Positions 1 to 9,947 of a DNA stretch of 64,000 bases are shown here, piece by piece. Source of the DNA: Caldisericia bacterium. Its GTDB lineage: Bacteria; Caldisericota; Caldisericia; JAAYUI01. Position 1 is the first letter of the stretch. Each line of letters begins with the position of its first letter. The notes under the pieces are model-generated. The model worked only from the letters and a program-made list of their open reading frames with translations. It had not been told where the DNA came from and searched no databases. The position numbers and the translations under genes are program-made. Where the stretch lies: contig OY771555.1 in the NCBI GenBank assembly GCA_963674785.1, positions 672,001 through 736,000 on the forward strand. Reading direction: 5' to 3'.

Positions 1-130
1 TTGCATCTGTTTGCTTGAGATTCTGAATCGAATTCAGAATGAAGTTGTTCAGATATGCAGTCATAACCTGGTGTATGTTATTCATTGACAAAACAGTGAA
101 CCCTCATAGAATTTGATTCGTCTTTTTTGT

Positions 131-218
131 GCCGAAGTGGCGGAATTGGTAGACGCGGTGGATTCAAAATCCATTGAGCTCAACACTCGTGAGGGTTCGA
201 GTCCCTCCTTCGGTACCA
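131..218 (+). tRNA. tRNA-Leu (anticodon CAA)
   Basis: Acceptor stem GCCGAAG/CTTCGGT, D-loop GGAATTGGTAGAC, anticodon arm GTGGA-TTCAAAA-TCCAT, long variable arm, T-loop GGTTCGAGTCC, encoded CCA end. Confidence 0.97.
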
Positions 219-447
219 CATCAAAAAAACTCCAACATCCAAACTCCACCCACCTCATCACTCGAACGGTTTTCGAGTCCCTCCTTCGGTACCACATCAA
301 AAAAATCTTAAACCTCCAAATGTCCACCTCCCTCAACACCTCGTACGTGTTCCGTCCCTCCTTTGGTGCCACATCATACAAATCTCAAGCCTTCAATCTC
401 CACCTCGCTCTACACTCATTCGGTATCTCCTCCCACCTTCGGTACCA
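219..447 (+). repeat. Three tandem 76-77 bp degenerate copies of the tRNA-Leu 3' part plus trailer
   Basis: CGGTACCA/TGGTGCCA ends at 218, 294, 371 and 447; unit 2 retains TTCGAGTCCCTCCTTCGGTACCACATCAAAAAAA exactly. Confidence 0.85.
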
Positions 448-640
448 AGGATTCTAGTCGTTCCTTTCGGTTGCTGAACTTGCCTGTGCATGACACGGAA
501 TCACTCGCTCGTCATGATGGGCGAAGAAATGGAACCTCCCCACCCTAACCCTCCCCTCATGGAGGGGATTGCTCTCCGGTCATTCCCGACTCCCTATTCC
601 CCGCCATTCCCCGCTTGACTGGGAATCTCCTTCCCAGCAC

Positions 641-787
641 GTCATTCCGGGCTTGACCCGAAATCCAGGGTTACTCTTGATGCATGAATTCTCTGTTTTT
701 ATAATTATTGATGTTGGATGGGCGATTTCACCTGACAAAAAAACTTCGATTTTTGATGCCCTGGTTTCCTATTTTCACAGGAAAGAC
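641..787 (+). mobile_element. REPIN/MITE-like element, copy A (147 bp)
   Basis: GTCATTCCGGGCTTGACCCGAAATCC hairpin + AGGGTTAC, ~90 bp AT-rich core, then GCCCTGGTTTCC...GGAAAGAC; colinear with copies at 25771, 32464, 38783, 60530 and 62873. Confidence 0.75.
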
Positions 788-920
788 ATAGAGAAGGTTT
801 GTTGTCCCAGACCGGCTCCTTCATTTCCGATGGTCACTGAGCTTTATTTACATTAAGTTTATCGAAGTACGATCGGAAATTCCGGGATATTCACGATGCT
901 GTAACCATATCCCCAAATAT

Positions 921-955
921 AAAAAAACACCGGACTCCTTCTCAGGCGCCCGGTG
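921..955 (-). terminator. Probable intrinsic terminator of the DUF4405-like gene
   Basis: CACCGG...CCGGTG stem followed by a T-run on the minus strand. Confidence 0.55.
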
Positions 956-984
956 CCGAATCTATATACGCTCAACAGTGTTTC

Positions 985-1884
985 TTATGCCGTTTGAGCG
1001 GTGATCCTCTGAGCTTTGTTTTTCCAACCAAACAGATATTTTTCAGAGGCATATGTTAGTGACGCAAAAAGCACCATAATTAAGAAGCTATATAAAACAT
1101 TTGATGTTGTTGGTGCTCTTTCTCCCCCGTGAGGTCCTCCTCCCTCACCTGTAGCTCCGTAACGGTTTCCGTTCCCTAATCCTTCTCCGTTACTATTTCC
1201 GTAACCGTTCCCATTTCCACCTCCTGTTATTTCGCTATCATCGAAACCCTCACCATTTTCGCCTGATTCGATGTTAAATTGGCCATCTGGTCCCCCGTGA
1301 AAACCCTTTGAAGCACTTATTGAAGTGGGGTTTACTCTGTTGAAATAATTATACTGAACAATCCCCAAAACTCCCAATGAAAGACAAATAACAACAGTTA
1401 CGACCGCCAAAATCTCCCCCACTTTTTTTGATGGGCAGAAAAATCTTTTGAAAAATGCACTAATAAATCCTATGTGAAGCCCTATATGAATTCCAATCAA
1501 TGCGAGGGCTACGTGTGCTGCGAACTTATGCAGTCCTTGATTTATCCCCATGCTCGCTGTCTTTGGACCCACAAAGATTGTTTCTGAAATTTTAATACCT
1601 GTTATAATTATTATTGTAACTGCGACAAGAAGAAGAATATCAATAATATAAATAACCTTGGTTCTTGTTGTCATTTTTTTGTTGAAAAGATTTTTTGAAA
1701 CCTGAATGATCCAGTTGTAGTTTAGAAGATTATGAATCAAGAACAAAACCCCAATTCCAATTCCAAGTAACTCATGTAGGTTCATCCCAGTAAAAGACTT
1801 ACTGAAGAAGGCGACAAATGTGATTGTCAAAACTACATCTAACACAATTTGCAATGCTGACTTTTTGCTTTTCATCTTTTTCAA
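985..1884 (-). CDS. DUF4405-like / cytochrome b-type membrane protein with Gly/Asn-rich loop
   Basis: Multiple TM helices with His motifs (LHELLG..LIHNLLN; LHKFAAH..IHIGLH) typical of DUF4405; GGGNGNGYGN low-complexity segment. Confidence 0.7.
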   Translation of the reverse strand: MKKMKSKKSALQIVLDVVLTITFVAFFSKSFTGMNLHELLGIGIGVLFLIHNLLNYNWIIQVSKNLFNKKMTTRTKVIYIIDILLLVAVTIIIITGIKISETIFVGPKTASMGINQGLHKFAAHVALALIGIHIGLHIGFISAFFKRFFCPSKKVGEILAVVTVVICLSLGVLGIVQYNYFNRVNPTSISASKGFHGGPDGQFNIESGENGEGFDDSEITGGGNGNGYGNSNGEGLGNGNRYGATGEGGGPHGGERAPTTSNVLYSFLIMVLFASLTYASEKYLFGWKNKAQRITAQTA

Positions 1885-1910
1885 ACCATCCTTTTTTCAT
1901 TTACACCTTC

Positions 1911-1930
1911 TTATACGCCTGGGGGTATAA
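1911..1930. promoter_or_regulatory. Palindromic site resembling a CsoR/RcnR-type operator (or ECF promoter AAC-N16-CGTA on minus strand)
   Basis: TTATAC-GCCTGGGG-GTATAA directly upstream of the DUF4405-like gene. Confidence 0.4.
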
Positions 1931-2132
1931 TTTGTTAGTTAAATGATTACTAAGAGTTGTAGTATAAAATTGTAAAAGAGTTGCAATGAGGATTTCTCCG
2001 GTCATTTCTGAAGGTCACTGAGCAATCCTTCAGGTCTAAATGTGATCTGGAATATGAAAAAAGGCCGATTATTGAAACCGACCTTCATAAACGTTTCTTA
2101 TTAGATGAGTTGTTAGCTCTTCTTTCCGTGGT

Positions 2133-4127
2133 TTATTCGATTTTTTTGCAAATGAGATACCGTTGGCGTCTATCTTCTGATTGCTCTAAAAATTCTGGAC
2201 ACTCGCCTGTATACAGTATATACCCATCCTTTATATCAAAAATATAACCATTAGAGCATTTTGAGTCTAAAGTGATGCTTCCAAGTTCTGAGAAAGTCTC
2301 TGGATCAAACCACTGTCCATTATCAATAATGTAGCCATCTAAGGAATATTTTTCTCTATCAAGAATGCTTCTTCTGTGCGTAAATTGATAAAATTCCGTT
2401 TTTTCCTCAATTATTTTTGCATCATCAAGATCAAAAAACATTTTCATATATGTTGGAACATATCGGGAATCCTCAATTACAATTTCGATGTATCCATCAT
2501 AAACAGTTGAACTATAAAGACGCTCAAGTTCAAACTTTTTTGTGTCCATAGTCCATCTCTCTTCACCTGTCTCTATGTTGATTGCAGATATCAAGTTCCC
2601 CCTAAAAACAATTATTTGATCTTCATCAAAATACCATTCTCTCCACCTTTTAGTAGAATCTAGTTCATGATCATCTCTATCTTGAATCTTTTTTGTCCAA
2701 ATAGGTCCAAGAGTTTCTTGGTCGATGTATGAGATATAATCAAGATTCATAAAAGCCATATCGTCATGATAAACTAATGAAGGATATGGGTCGTGTCGGA
2801 CATTACTAACATCACCAAATTCAATAGTTCCTGATTCAAAGAAAAGATGATTGCCCGAATAAAGAAAGATGGTGATATTGTCAGTCATTATAGATTTTTG
2901 TAATTTGCCGTCCAAGGAATACTTCTGAATGTAATGTTCTTTTTCCCAGGTATTTTCATTGCTAGCTAAAGAGTAAGAAACAAAAATCATCTCATCGATT
3001 ACCTGGAAATCAAAAATTTCATCGTATTGGAGCTCCCATAAATCCTTGTCATCTTTTGCATCATAGATTACTGCAAGTCCGGGGATATTATCTTTGTCAA
3101 CTCTGATTCTGTAACGGTTTTCGGCAGTTACAGTGTTACTGATGATGAATTCTTTTATCTCCTCACCGGTGTCTGGGAGAATTTCGCCAGTATAAATATT
3201 TGCACAGTATTGCGTGGTATTCTGAGGTTGTTTCTCTTCAAAAAAATCTCTTGTCAGATCAATTTTTTCTGTAGAAAAAACAAGTTTGTCATCTATAAAC
3301 TTGAAATCTGTGATTTTTTCTTCTCCAAAAACATCTTCTGGAATCACCCATATTTCATTACCTGTTTTAAAATCCAAACAAGTAAAGCTGTACCAAGAAT
3401 CACAGGGTATCCAATAGCCTTCGTTTGAGCAATTAACAAATCTAGTCTGTAAGTATATCTTGTCACTAATTAGTTTTATAATCTGTGTACTACTATCATC
3501 ATTCGAAGGCAACTCTTTTTCCCACACAAAATTGACTTCAGGTGCATCAATTTTTTCAACAGATACACGTTTTATGAGGTTTTTATTTCCAGCAACACCG
3601 GAAATTTCATTTTCTTCATTTTCAAAGCGACACTCACCAAGTACAAGCCAAATGTTGCGTAAATCATTATGACTAACCTGTGCAATTGCTGTTAGTTCTA
3701 ACGTTTCTCCTGATTTTATCTTAAAGGTTTTTATCAAATTTCCCTCTTTATCCAGGTACTTTGCATAAAAGCTGAATATGAATTCAATATCAAGATCAAA
3801 TTCGCTTATATTTGTCAACTGAAATGGGTAGCTTAAAATATCTCCCTTATGAGCCGTAATCTTTTCCTCATGCCCTGATGGCCAGTTGTATGACAAGTAT
3901 TCCTCTGGATTGTTGATATTGATATTTTTTGTAAGGGTTTCATATTTGAGAACCCGTTTTGAGATTTTTTCATCTTTTTTTGGGAACAGATCTTCGAAGG
4001 TGTTTTCTTGATTTGTGACTTCAACTTCACCTTGAGTTTCAGGCGGTGTTTTTTCTATGTCCACACCACATGAAACAACCGAGATAACCAATATGATACC
4101 GATAATGCTTGTGATAATCTTCTTCAT
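2133..4127 (-). CDS. Lipoprotein, PQQ-like beta-propeller (664 aa)
   Basis: Start moved to MKKIITSII (RBS AAGGGGAG); lipobox VVSC; repeated D/N-xxTG-xxxW blade motifs; ends YLICKKIE. Confidence 0.75.
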   Translation of the reverse strand: MKKIITSIIGIILVISVVSCGVDIEKTPPETQGEVEVTNQENTFEDLFPKKDEKISKRVLKYETLTKNININNPEEYLSYNWPSGHEEKITAHKGDILSYPFQLTNISEFDLDIEFIFSFYAKYLDKEGNLIKTFKIKSGETLELTAIAQVSHNDLRNIWLVLGECRFENEENEISGVAGNKNLIKRVSVEKIDAPEVNFVWEKELPSNDDSSTQIIKLISDKIYLQTRFVNCSNEGYWIPCDSWYSFTCLDFKTGNEIWVIPEDVFGEEKITDFKFIDDKLVFSTEKIDLTRDFFEEKQPQNTTQYCANIYTGEILPDTGEEIKEFIISNTVTAENRYRIRVDKDNIPGLAVIYDAKDDKDLWELQYDEIFDFQVIDEMIFVSYSLASNENTWEKEHYIQKYSLDGKLQKSIMTDNITIFLYSGNHLFFESGTIEFGDVSNVRHDPYPSLVYHDDMAFMNLDYISYIDQETLGPIWTKKIQDRDDHELDSTKRWREWYFDEDQIIVFRGNLISAINIETGEERWTMDTKKFELERLYSSTVYDGYIEIVIEDSRYVPTYMKMFFDLDDAKIIEEKTEFYQFTHRRSILDREKYSLDGYIIDNGQWFDPETFSELGSITLDSKCSNGYIFDIKDGYILYTGECPEFLEQSEDRRQRYLICKKIE

Positions 4128-4227
4128 TTTTTTAAGTCTCCCCTTCCCTGTCATCCTGCACGTCACTGAGCCTAAGCGGAGTGTGATGCGGGATCTAGGT
4201 TTTAAGTTATTTTATTCCTTCTGACAA
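4066..4227. repeat. 162 bp exact direct repeat (second copy 6197..6358): signal peptide, RBS, nested REP and fpg 3' tip
   Basis: Base-for-base identity, offset 2131 bp. Confidence 0.95.
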
Positions 4228-4251
4228 TCCGGGCAATAGTAAACACTGCCC
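4212..4251 (-). pseudogene. Orphan 3' fragment of fpg/nei (GSVYYCPDCQKE*)
   Basis: Translates to the zinc-finger C-terminus of the 8538..9359 gene. Confidence 0.8.
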
Positions 4252-4269
4252 CTTGCAACAATCTCGTAC

Positions 4270-6258
4270 CTATTCGATTTTTTTGCAAATGAGGTATGTA
4301 GTGAATTTATCTTCTAATTCTTCTGTAAGAACAGGGGTGCTACTTTGATAGTAGATATATCCATCTCTGATGTCTATGATTCTATCATAGCAAATCTCAT
4401 CTTCTGCAATGCTCCCTATAAGTTCAAATGTTTCTGGATCATACCATTCTGTTTTTAAAACTATATATCCATCAGATGAAATCTTTTTTTCAAATCCAAG
4501 CTGGTATTTTGGAATAAATTCTGTTTTGTCAGGGAGAATTTCTCCTGTTTTTATCTCATAAAACTCTTTTTTGTAGGGTGGCACTAAATTGTTGTCATCG
4601 CTTAGAACTTCAAGATATCCATCGTTTACCTGCGTGTTAGATGTGTTTAGTCTAGTAGAAAGTTCTGGTTCCATCTCCCAGAGAACATCACCATTTGATA
4701 TGTCGATTGCGGTGATTTTTGAGTTACTAAAAGCGATCATCTCTTCTTTTTCAAAATACCATCTATCCCATATTTTTGAGTTACTACCTGTTAATTCATC
4801 GTATTCATGAATCTCCTTTGTCCAGATGGGTTCTAATGTTTCCTTGTTTATTAGTGAAATGTCGTGAACATCAACATAAGCCATATTGATAAAGCCGTAT
4901 AAAAACTCCATTGATTCGTAAGAGCGGATATCCGCAAAATCAATTCTTCCACTTTCAAAAAAGAGGTTGTTATGTGAATAAACAAATATTGTAATTTCAG
5001 GGTTTTCATTTTGCTTTTGAAGCATTCCGTCAAAACTATACTTTGAAACAATATTTCTAATCTTGCCTGAGTGGATGTCAGAATCAGCAAGTGAATACGA
5101 AAAATAGATAGCATCATCAGTGATTTGGAAGTCGAACATCTTATCATAAGCAAGTTTCCATATCACTTTGTTTTGCTCTACATCATAAATGGATGCGATG
5201 TTTGAGTCTCCTTCTTTGTGCCTGTAAACTTCGAACTTTATTCCGCGATCAAGCTTCTGTTTGTTTACAATTCTTGTGATTTGAGATTTGTCTAAGAAGA
5301 GTATTTCTCCGGAGTGCTTATCCGCAAGATATGGGATTTTCAAGGGTTTGTACTCTTTCTTATTAAATGACGCACCTAGGAATTCAAATGAATCAGTATA
5401 AAAAACTAGATAGTCTTCAAATTCATAGTAGTCAACTATTTTTTTATCTCCAAAAACATCTTCAGGTATGTTCCAAACCTCTTCACCAGTCTTTGAGTTT
5501 ATATATGTGAAGCTGTACCAAACATCGTAAAAAACATGGATACCAGCCTCTTCGCTGTTATCATGATAATTGATTAAAAGTATGTAGTCATCAACTTCAA
5601 TCTCGGGGAGCAACTCAACATGCTGGTTATTTAAGTCTCTTTCCCACGCCACTTTATGATCTGGGGCATCGGTGCGTTTCACGAAAAGGACTTTTATTAA
5701 TTCTGTTTTGAAAACAGTTGAACCAAAAATCTCATTTTCTGCATTATCAAATCTGAATCCACCACCATAGAGTCGGAATACTTTTCTGTTATCATCGATT
5801 TCAAAATTTACTGTCAATTCAAGGGATTCGCTTGAACCCAGCATGGTTTGTTTGATGGTTTCGCCGCTACTGTTTGTGATAGTAACATTCTTCATATATG
5901 GAAACTCAATTTCAAAATCGAATTTGCTTATGTTTGTTACTTCAAATGGATAGCTCAAGATATCACCATTTTTGGCAATAATTTTTTCTTCTTGCTCCGT
6001 AAACCACTTGTAGCTGATATATTTACTAACATCGACAATATTTCTCTTTGCAGTGAGAGACTCATGGATTGGAATCTGTTCTGTGATTTTGGTTTTTGAT
6101 TCTTGTTTGGTTTCATTAGCAATATCATCTATTGTCTTTGTGACTTGTTTTGATTGTGATATGTCGGCTTTGTGTTCTGTTCTATCTTTGTCCACCCCAC
6201 ATGAAACAACCGAGATAACCAATATGATACCGATAATGCTTGTGATAATCTTCTTCAT
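4270..6258 (-). CDS. Lipoprotein, PQQ-like beta-propeller (662 aa), paralog of 2133..4127
   Basis: Identical signal peptide/lipobox VVSC, colinear motifs, same YLICKKIE end. Confidence 0.75.
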   Translation of the reverse strand: MKKIITSIIGIILVISVVSCGVDKDRTEHKADISQSKQVTKTIDDIANETKQESKTKITEQIPIHESLTAKRNIVDVSKYISYKWFTEQEEKIIAKNGDILSYPFEVTNISKFDFEIEFPYMKNVTITNSSGETIKQTMLGSSESLELTVNFEIDDNRKVFRLYGGGFRFDNAENEIFGSTVFKTELIKVLFVKRTDAPDHKVAWERDLNNQHVELLPEIEVDDYILLINYHDNSEEAGIHVFYDVWYSFTYINSKTGEEVWNIPEDVFGDKKIVDYYEFEDYLVFYTDSFEFLGASFNKKEYKPLKIPYLADKHSGEILFLDKSQITRIVNKQKLDRGIKFEVYRHKEGDSNIASIYDVEQNKVIWKLAYDKMFDFQITDDAIYFSYSLADSDIHSGKIRNIVSKYSFDGMLQKQNENPEITIFVYSHNNLFFESGRIDFADIRSYESMEFLYGFINMAYVDVHDISLINKETLEPIWTKEIHEYDELTGSNSKIWDRWYFEKEEMIAFSNSKITAIDISNGDVLWEMEPELSTRLNTSNTQVNDGYLEVLSDDNNLVPPYKKEFYEIKTGEILPDKTEFIPKYQLGFEKKISSDGYIVLKTEWYDPETFELIGSIAEDEICYDRIIDIRDGYIYYQSSTPVLTEELEDKFTTYLICKKIE

Positions 6259-6342
6259 TTTTTTAAGTCTCCCCTTCCCTGTCATCCTGCACGTCACTGA
6301 GCCTAAGCGGAGTGTGATGCGGGATCTAGGTTTTAAGTTATT

Positions 6343-6500
6343 TTATTCCTTCTGACAACTTGGACAATAATAAACACTGCCCCCAAGATATGCCTGTTTG
6401 ATGATGTCCCCTTCGCAAACAGGACATGGGTCTTTGTATGTTTTTGCAGAAAGCAGGGTTTTATATCCACCTGGAGCAAAAATATATCTTTTTTCTACAA
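6343..6500 (-). pseudogene. Orphan ~50-codon 3' fragment of fpg/nei
   Basis: Encodes ...PGGYKTLLSAKTYKDPCPVCEGDIIKQAYLGGSVYYCPSCQKE*, closely matching 8538..8700 with mostly synonymous changes. Confidence 0.9.
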
Positions 6501-6522
6501 AGCTACCTTCCATTTCTTTTCT

Positions 6523-8535
6523 CTACTCCATATCAAAAAAACTTGGATGATGAAGAGGTCTTTCTTCAGATTCTGATATTACTGAAATCTCAAGGTTTTC
6601 ATCAATTGCTGCATGACCATAGCTATACTCTTCTTCCTGGTAATATTCAACCCAATTGCCTTTTCTTTTCATTATTGAAAGATAGATTTTGTCATCGACA
6701 AATGAGGAAAAATATCCTTTATTTGAATCGATTATGATTGAATCTTCTACTCCAGAGATTTTTTTAAAAATTCCTGTTTCCATTTCAAGTGCATAAATCT
6801 CTACAGCATGCCCTGTAATATGATCTTTTGCCAGGTCAAGGCTTTCATATTCATCTACCGACTCTGGATAACTATTTTCAGTCTTTTTCCGATCAATTTC
6901 TTTTGTTACTGAACAGATCGCATAAAGTTTTCCATTAAAAATCCCTGATGTATAAACAACGAAAGCTTTTGGATTTGTTATGTTGTTTAAGGATAATATG
7001 TCTGGAATATAATATGTTTTGTCGCCTTCAAGATTTGATATCCACATTGTTTGTTCTGGCCTTGGAGTGTGGGTTGGTAAATTCCAATCAGAGTATCCAA
7101 TTGGTCTTTTATTTGGTGATGCATAACAAACAAGCCCTGTTTTGTGATCAGCATAACTTACCCAAGGGCTTGAAGGTTGGTAGTTGGTTTCTTCCATTTC
7201 CATGGTATCTAAAGAAAGCTTAATAATATTTGCGCTTGCATAGGGTGATTCTAATCCCCTATGACCTAATCCTGGGAAGGACTCTTCTTGGCCTCTTCTA
7301 AAGTATTTATCTTCTTTTGTCTGCTCGAGAAGATATAGATTGCCATCATCAGTCCATTTGAGTGGGTAGTACCATTTGCCCTCCTCTTTGATGACTTGAT
7401 CGTTATATTGTGCCCATTCATAGTCTTTACTGCTTTGAATGAGAGATTTTTTATATGTTGTTCCCAAGCAATACTCATTATTTGTTTCTGTATTCTTGAT
7501 AACGAAATGATTGAACATTATGTAAATAACCTTATCATTTCCATCGACAAAAAGCTTATTGGGGTCAAGCGTCTCGTTGCCTTCCAGTGATTCATACCCA
7601 AATTTTATTTGTCTCTGGTAGTCACAAATAACCCATTTTCTATCTGGGGAAATAGCCATTGAGTATATAAAAGGTTCATAAGGCAAAGCATTTGGATGAT
7701 TCATAACTGAGTTATAATAATTTTCATCAACATCAGATATGTGATACCTGGCTTCTTCAAATAAATTTTCGTCTTGATTGAGATTGTATGATACCAAATG
7801 AATTGGATTACCATTGAAAAGTGTATAGGCCATCACATCAGAGGAATTCTGAGCTTGCAATTCAGCTTTTTTATGATATCCATATTTATCGAATATATCT
7901 AAAACAAATGGATTTTCATTCTTGCTGCTTAGCGTAATAGAGGTCTGAAACAACTTAGAGTTATTTGACTGAATCTCTCTTTTTACACCATCTTGGTCAG
8001 TTAGTGTTACCAAATCTAATTCTTTGTTCGATTCAATTGTTACCACTTGTGACTCATCAACGGTTTTCCTGTCAAAATGGATGACAATATTTGGTTCGCT
8101 TATGACTGTGACTGATGTGTATAAAGTGATTGGTTCGCCACCATCTGATGGTACTCCAGTAACAGCAATTTGATATTCATCAAAAAAAGAATCATCAGAA
8201 ACGGTCAATTTATCAGACCACCGTTTCCCTTCTGGTTTCACCTTGCTGGTCTCTTGTTTGTGTTTGAACCCAAAATTTACTAACTCGATCTCTTTTGAAA
8301 ACTTTGCACTGACAGGGATCTCTGTTCCCTTGTATGCGTATTTTTGCACCGATACAAATTGACCGAGTTTATCTTCAACTCTATTAAGATCGTTTAGCTC
8401 AAAGTCTATTTGATGAAAGTTGTCAATGTCCCCAGAGTTATTATCACTTTCCTTTGTATCTGTGCTTCCGTTTGGGTTACAGGATACAAAAAAGAGTATT
8501 GTTAGAACTAGAAATGTTTTCATTAAATTTTTCAT
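6523..8535 (-). CDS. Lipoprotein of unknown function (670 aa; Ig-like N-part, probable beta-propeller C-part)
   Basis: Start MKNLMKTF 2 bp after the fpg stop; lipobox FVSC; ISPDRKW TolB-like motif. Confidence 0.7.
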   Translation of the reverse strand: MKNLMKTFLVLTILFFVSCNPNGSTDTKESDNNSGDIDNFHQIDFELNDLNRVEDKLGQFVSVQKYAYKGTEIPVSAKFSKEIELVNFGFKHKQETSKVKPEGKRWSDKLTVSDDSFFDEYQIAVTGVPSDGGEPITLYTSVTVISEPNIVIHFDRKTVDESQVVTIESNKELDLVTLTDQDGVKREIQSNNSKLFQTSITLSSKNENPFVLDIFDKYGYHKKAELQAQNSSDVMAYTLFNGNPIHLVSYNLNQDENLFEEARYHISDVDENYYNSVMNHPNALPYEPFIYSMAISPDRKWVICDYQRQIKFGYESLEGNETLDPNKLFVDGNDKVIYIMFNHFVIKNTETNNEYCLGTTYKKSLIQSSKDYEWAQYNDQVIKEEGKWYYPLKWTDDGNLYLLEQTKEDKYFRRGQEESFPGLGHRGLESPYASANIIKLSLDTMEMEETNYQPSSPWVSYADHKTGLVCYASPNKRPIGYSDWNLPTHTPRPEQTMWISNLEGDKTYYIPDILSLNNITNPKAFVVYTSGIFNGKLYAICSVTKEIDRKKTENSYPESVDEYESLDLAKDHITGHAVEIYALEMETGIFKKISGVEDSIIIDSNKGYFSSFVDDKIYLSIMKRKGNWVEYYQEEEYSYGHAAIDENLEISVISESEERPLHHPSFFDME

Positions 8536-8537
8536 TT

Positions 8538-9359
8538 TTATTCCTTCTGGCAACTTGGACAATAATAAACACTGCCTCCAAGATATGCCTGTTTGATGAT
8601 GTCTCCTCCGCAAATCGGGCAGGGGTCTTTGTATGTTTTTGCTGAAAGCAGGGTTTTATACCCGCCGGGTTTACCAAAGATGTCCTTTTCGGTATCGCGA
8701 CCGCCATGTTTTGTTATCTCAGAAAGGATGTTTTTGACAGAATCAAACATGTTTTTCAGCTCAGAATCTGATAAAAACTGAATCTTCCTTTTTGGGTGAA
8801 TGCGTGCGTTAAAGAGGATGTCTTGAAGGACTCCGTTACCTATGCCTGGAATCCTTTGTTCTGTTGCCAGAAATGCTTTTGCGCTTTTTTTTTCGTTGCC
8901 AGTTATCAATGATTTGAAGTATGGATAATCAAAAGCATCGGTAAGAGGCGATGGCTTTTCCTTGGCCATCTGATAATATTTGTTATCAAGAGTACCTCGA
9001 ACAAAAGCTCCAAGTCCTCCATACATGGCAATTGAGCAGACGATAGATGTGCCGTCATCAAACTCTACCAGTAGTTGGTGTTTTGCTGGTAGCTTGCTCC
9101 CACTTTCAAAAAAACGGATGTTTACCCCATCCCCGAAAAGAAACTCAATGTCGCCTGCTGAAATTGAAACAAGAGCACCAAAGCTTTCTGTGCCGTCTAT
9201 TTTTTTACCGGTCAAAAGATCACTGTATTTTTCCTTGTCTCCATAAAACCAAGCGAGTTTATGTGGGCTTTTTTCTGTGATGACATTATTTATGGTTTTC
9301 CCGACAATTGTGCTACCAAGTTGTTTTGCAATGTTTATCGCCTCAGGCATCTCAAGCAT
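8538..9359 (-). CDS. Fpg/Nei-family DNA glycosylase (endonuclease VIII-like)
   Basis: MLEMPE N-terminus, H2TH motif IPGIGNGVLQDILFNARIHP, C-terminal CPIC...YCPSCQ zinc finger. Confidence 0.9.
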   Translation of the reverse strand: MLEMPEAINIAKQLGSTIVGKTINNVITEKSPHKLAWFYGDKEKYSDLLTGKKIDGTESFGALVSISAGDIEFLFGDGVNIRFFESGSKLPAKHQLLVEFDDGTSIVCSIAMYGGLGAFVRGTLDNKYYQMAKEKPSPLTDAFDYPYFKSLITGNEKKSAKAFLATEQRIPGIGNGVLQDILFNARIHPKRKIQFLSDSELKNMFDSVKNILSEITKHGGRDTEKDIFGKPGGYKTLLSAKTYKDPCPICGGDIIKQAYLGGSVYYCPSCQKE

Positions 9360-9867
9360 TTTTCATGCTCCTTTTCTTTGGATAAAAGACCTCAAAAAGC
9401 TCTATGTAGTCAGGGATAAATTCCATTTTAGGTTTTTGAAACCAAAAGGTTGCACCGTTGCACTTTTCTATTCTTCTTCCATCAATGGTATAGATCTTTT
9501 GAAACCGGCATGAATTGTCATCCCGACTGTATTTGCAGTGTTTGCATTTGCCAAAATCACCAACAAACACTTCTTTGATATGAGGTTTTGCCTTTTCTAT
9601 AAACTCTCTGTGTTTATCAACCTTTGAAAAATAGAGTCTCAGAACCAAACCATCATCACGCAGATAAATCCTGGCATATGATTTGTCGCTTTTGACTCCC
9701 TTTTTTCGATAGATAATCATGTCATTGCCCCAACAGTGACCCTCAACAGTTTCCCCGCTGCAGGTGTATCCAAGCCTCTCAAATTCTGCATCAATCATAT
9801 CTATAAATTTTCTGTCAGGATCAGAGATATAGCCAAACTTCTCATCATTAAGCACATCACTTATCAT
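9352..9867 (-). CDS. Hypothetical protein with CKHC...C...C putative metal site
   Basis: Start moved to MISDVLNDEKF because the longer ORF start lies inside a REP; overlaps the fpg start. Confidence 0.65.
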   Translation of the reverse strand: MISDVLNDEKFGYISDPDRKFIDMIDAEFERLGYTCSGETVEGHCWGNDMIIYRKKGVKSDKSYARIYLRDDGLVLRLYFSKVDKHREFIEKAKPHIKEVFVGDFGKCKHCKYSRDDNSCRFQKIYTIDGRRIEKCNGATFWFQKPKMEFIPDYIELFEVFYPKKRSMKNA

Positions 9868-9900
9868 GATTGTAAGTGTAACATATGGTGCAAGAATCTT

Positions 9901-9947
9901 AACCCTCCCTGCTGACTTCGTCACCATCCCTCCCTCTCAGGGAGGGC
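9901..9947 (+). repeat. REP-like family 2 (AACCCTCCCTGGTGACTTCGTCACCATCCCTCCC..GGGAGGGC)
   Basis: Near-identical copies at 38732..38777 (minus), 61098..61144 and 62815..62861; variants at 533..568 and 60462..60483. Confidence 0.85.

Noticed and set aside
196-447. CRISPR-like periodic array after the tRNA
   Set aside because: The 'spacers' are homologous to each other and to the tRNA, the repeats are degenerate, and there are no cas genes
82-856. ORFs 82..381, 113..457, 363..548 and 569..856
   Set aside because: They overlap the tRNA, its repeats and REP elements, with no protein-like features
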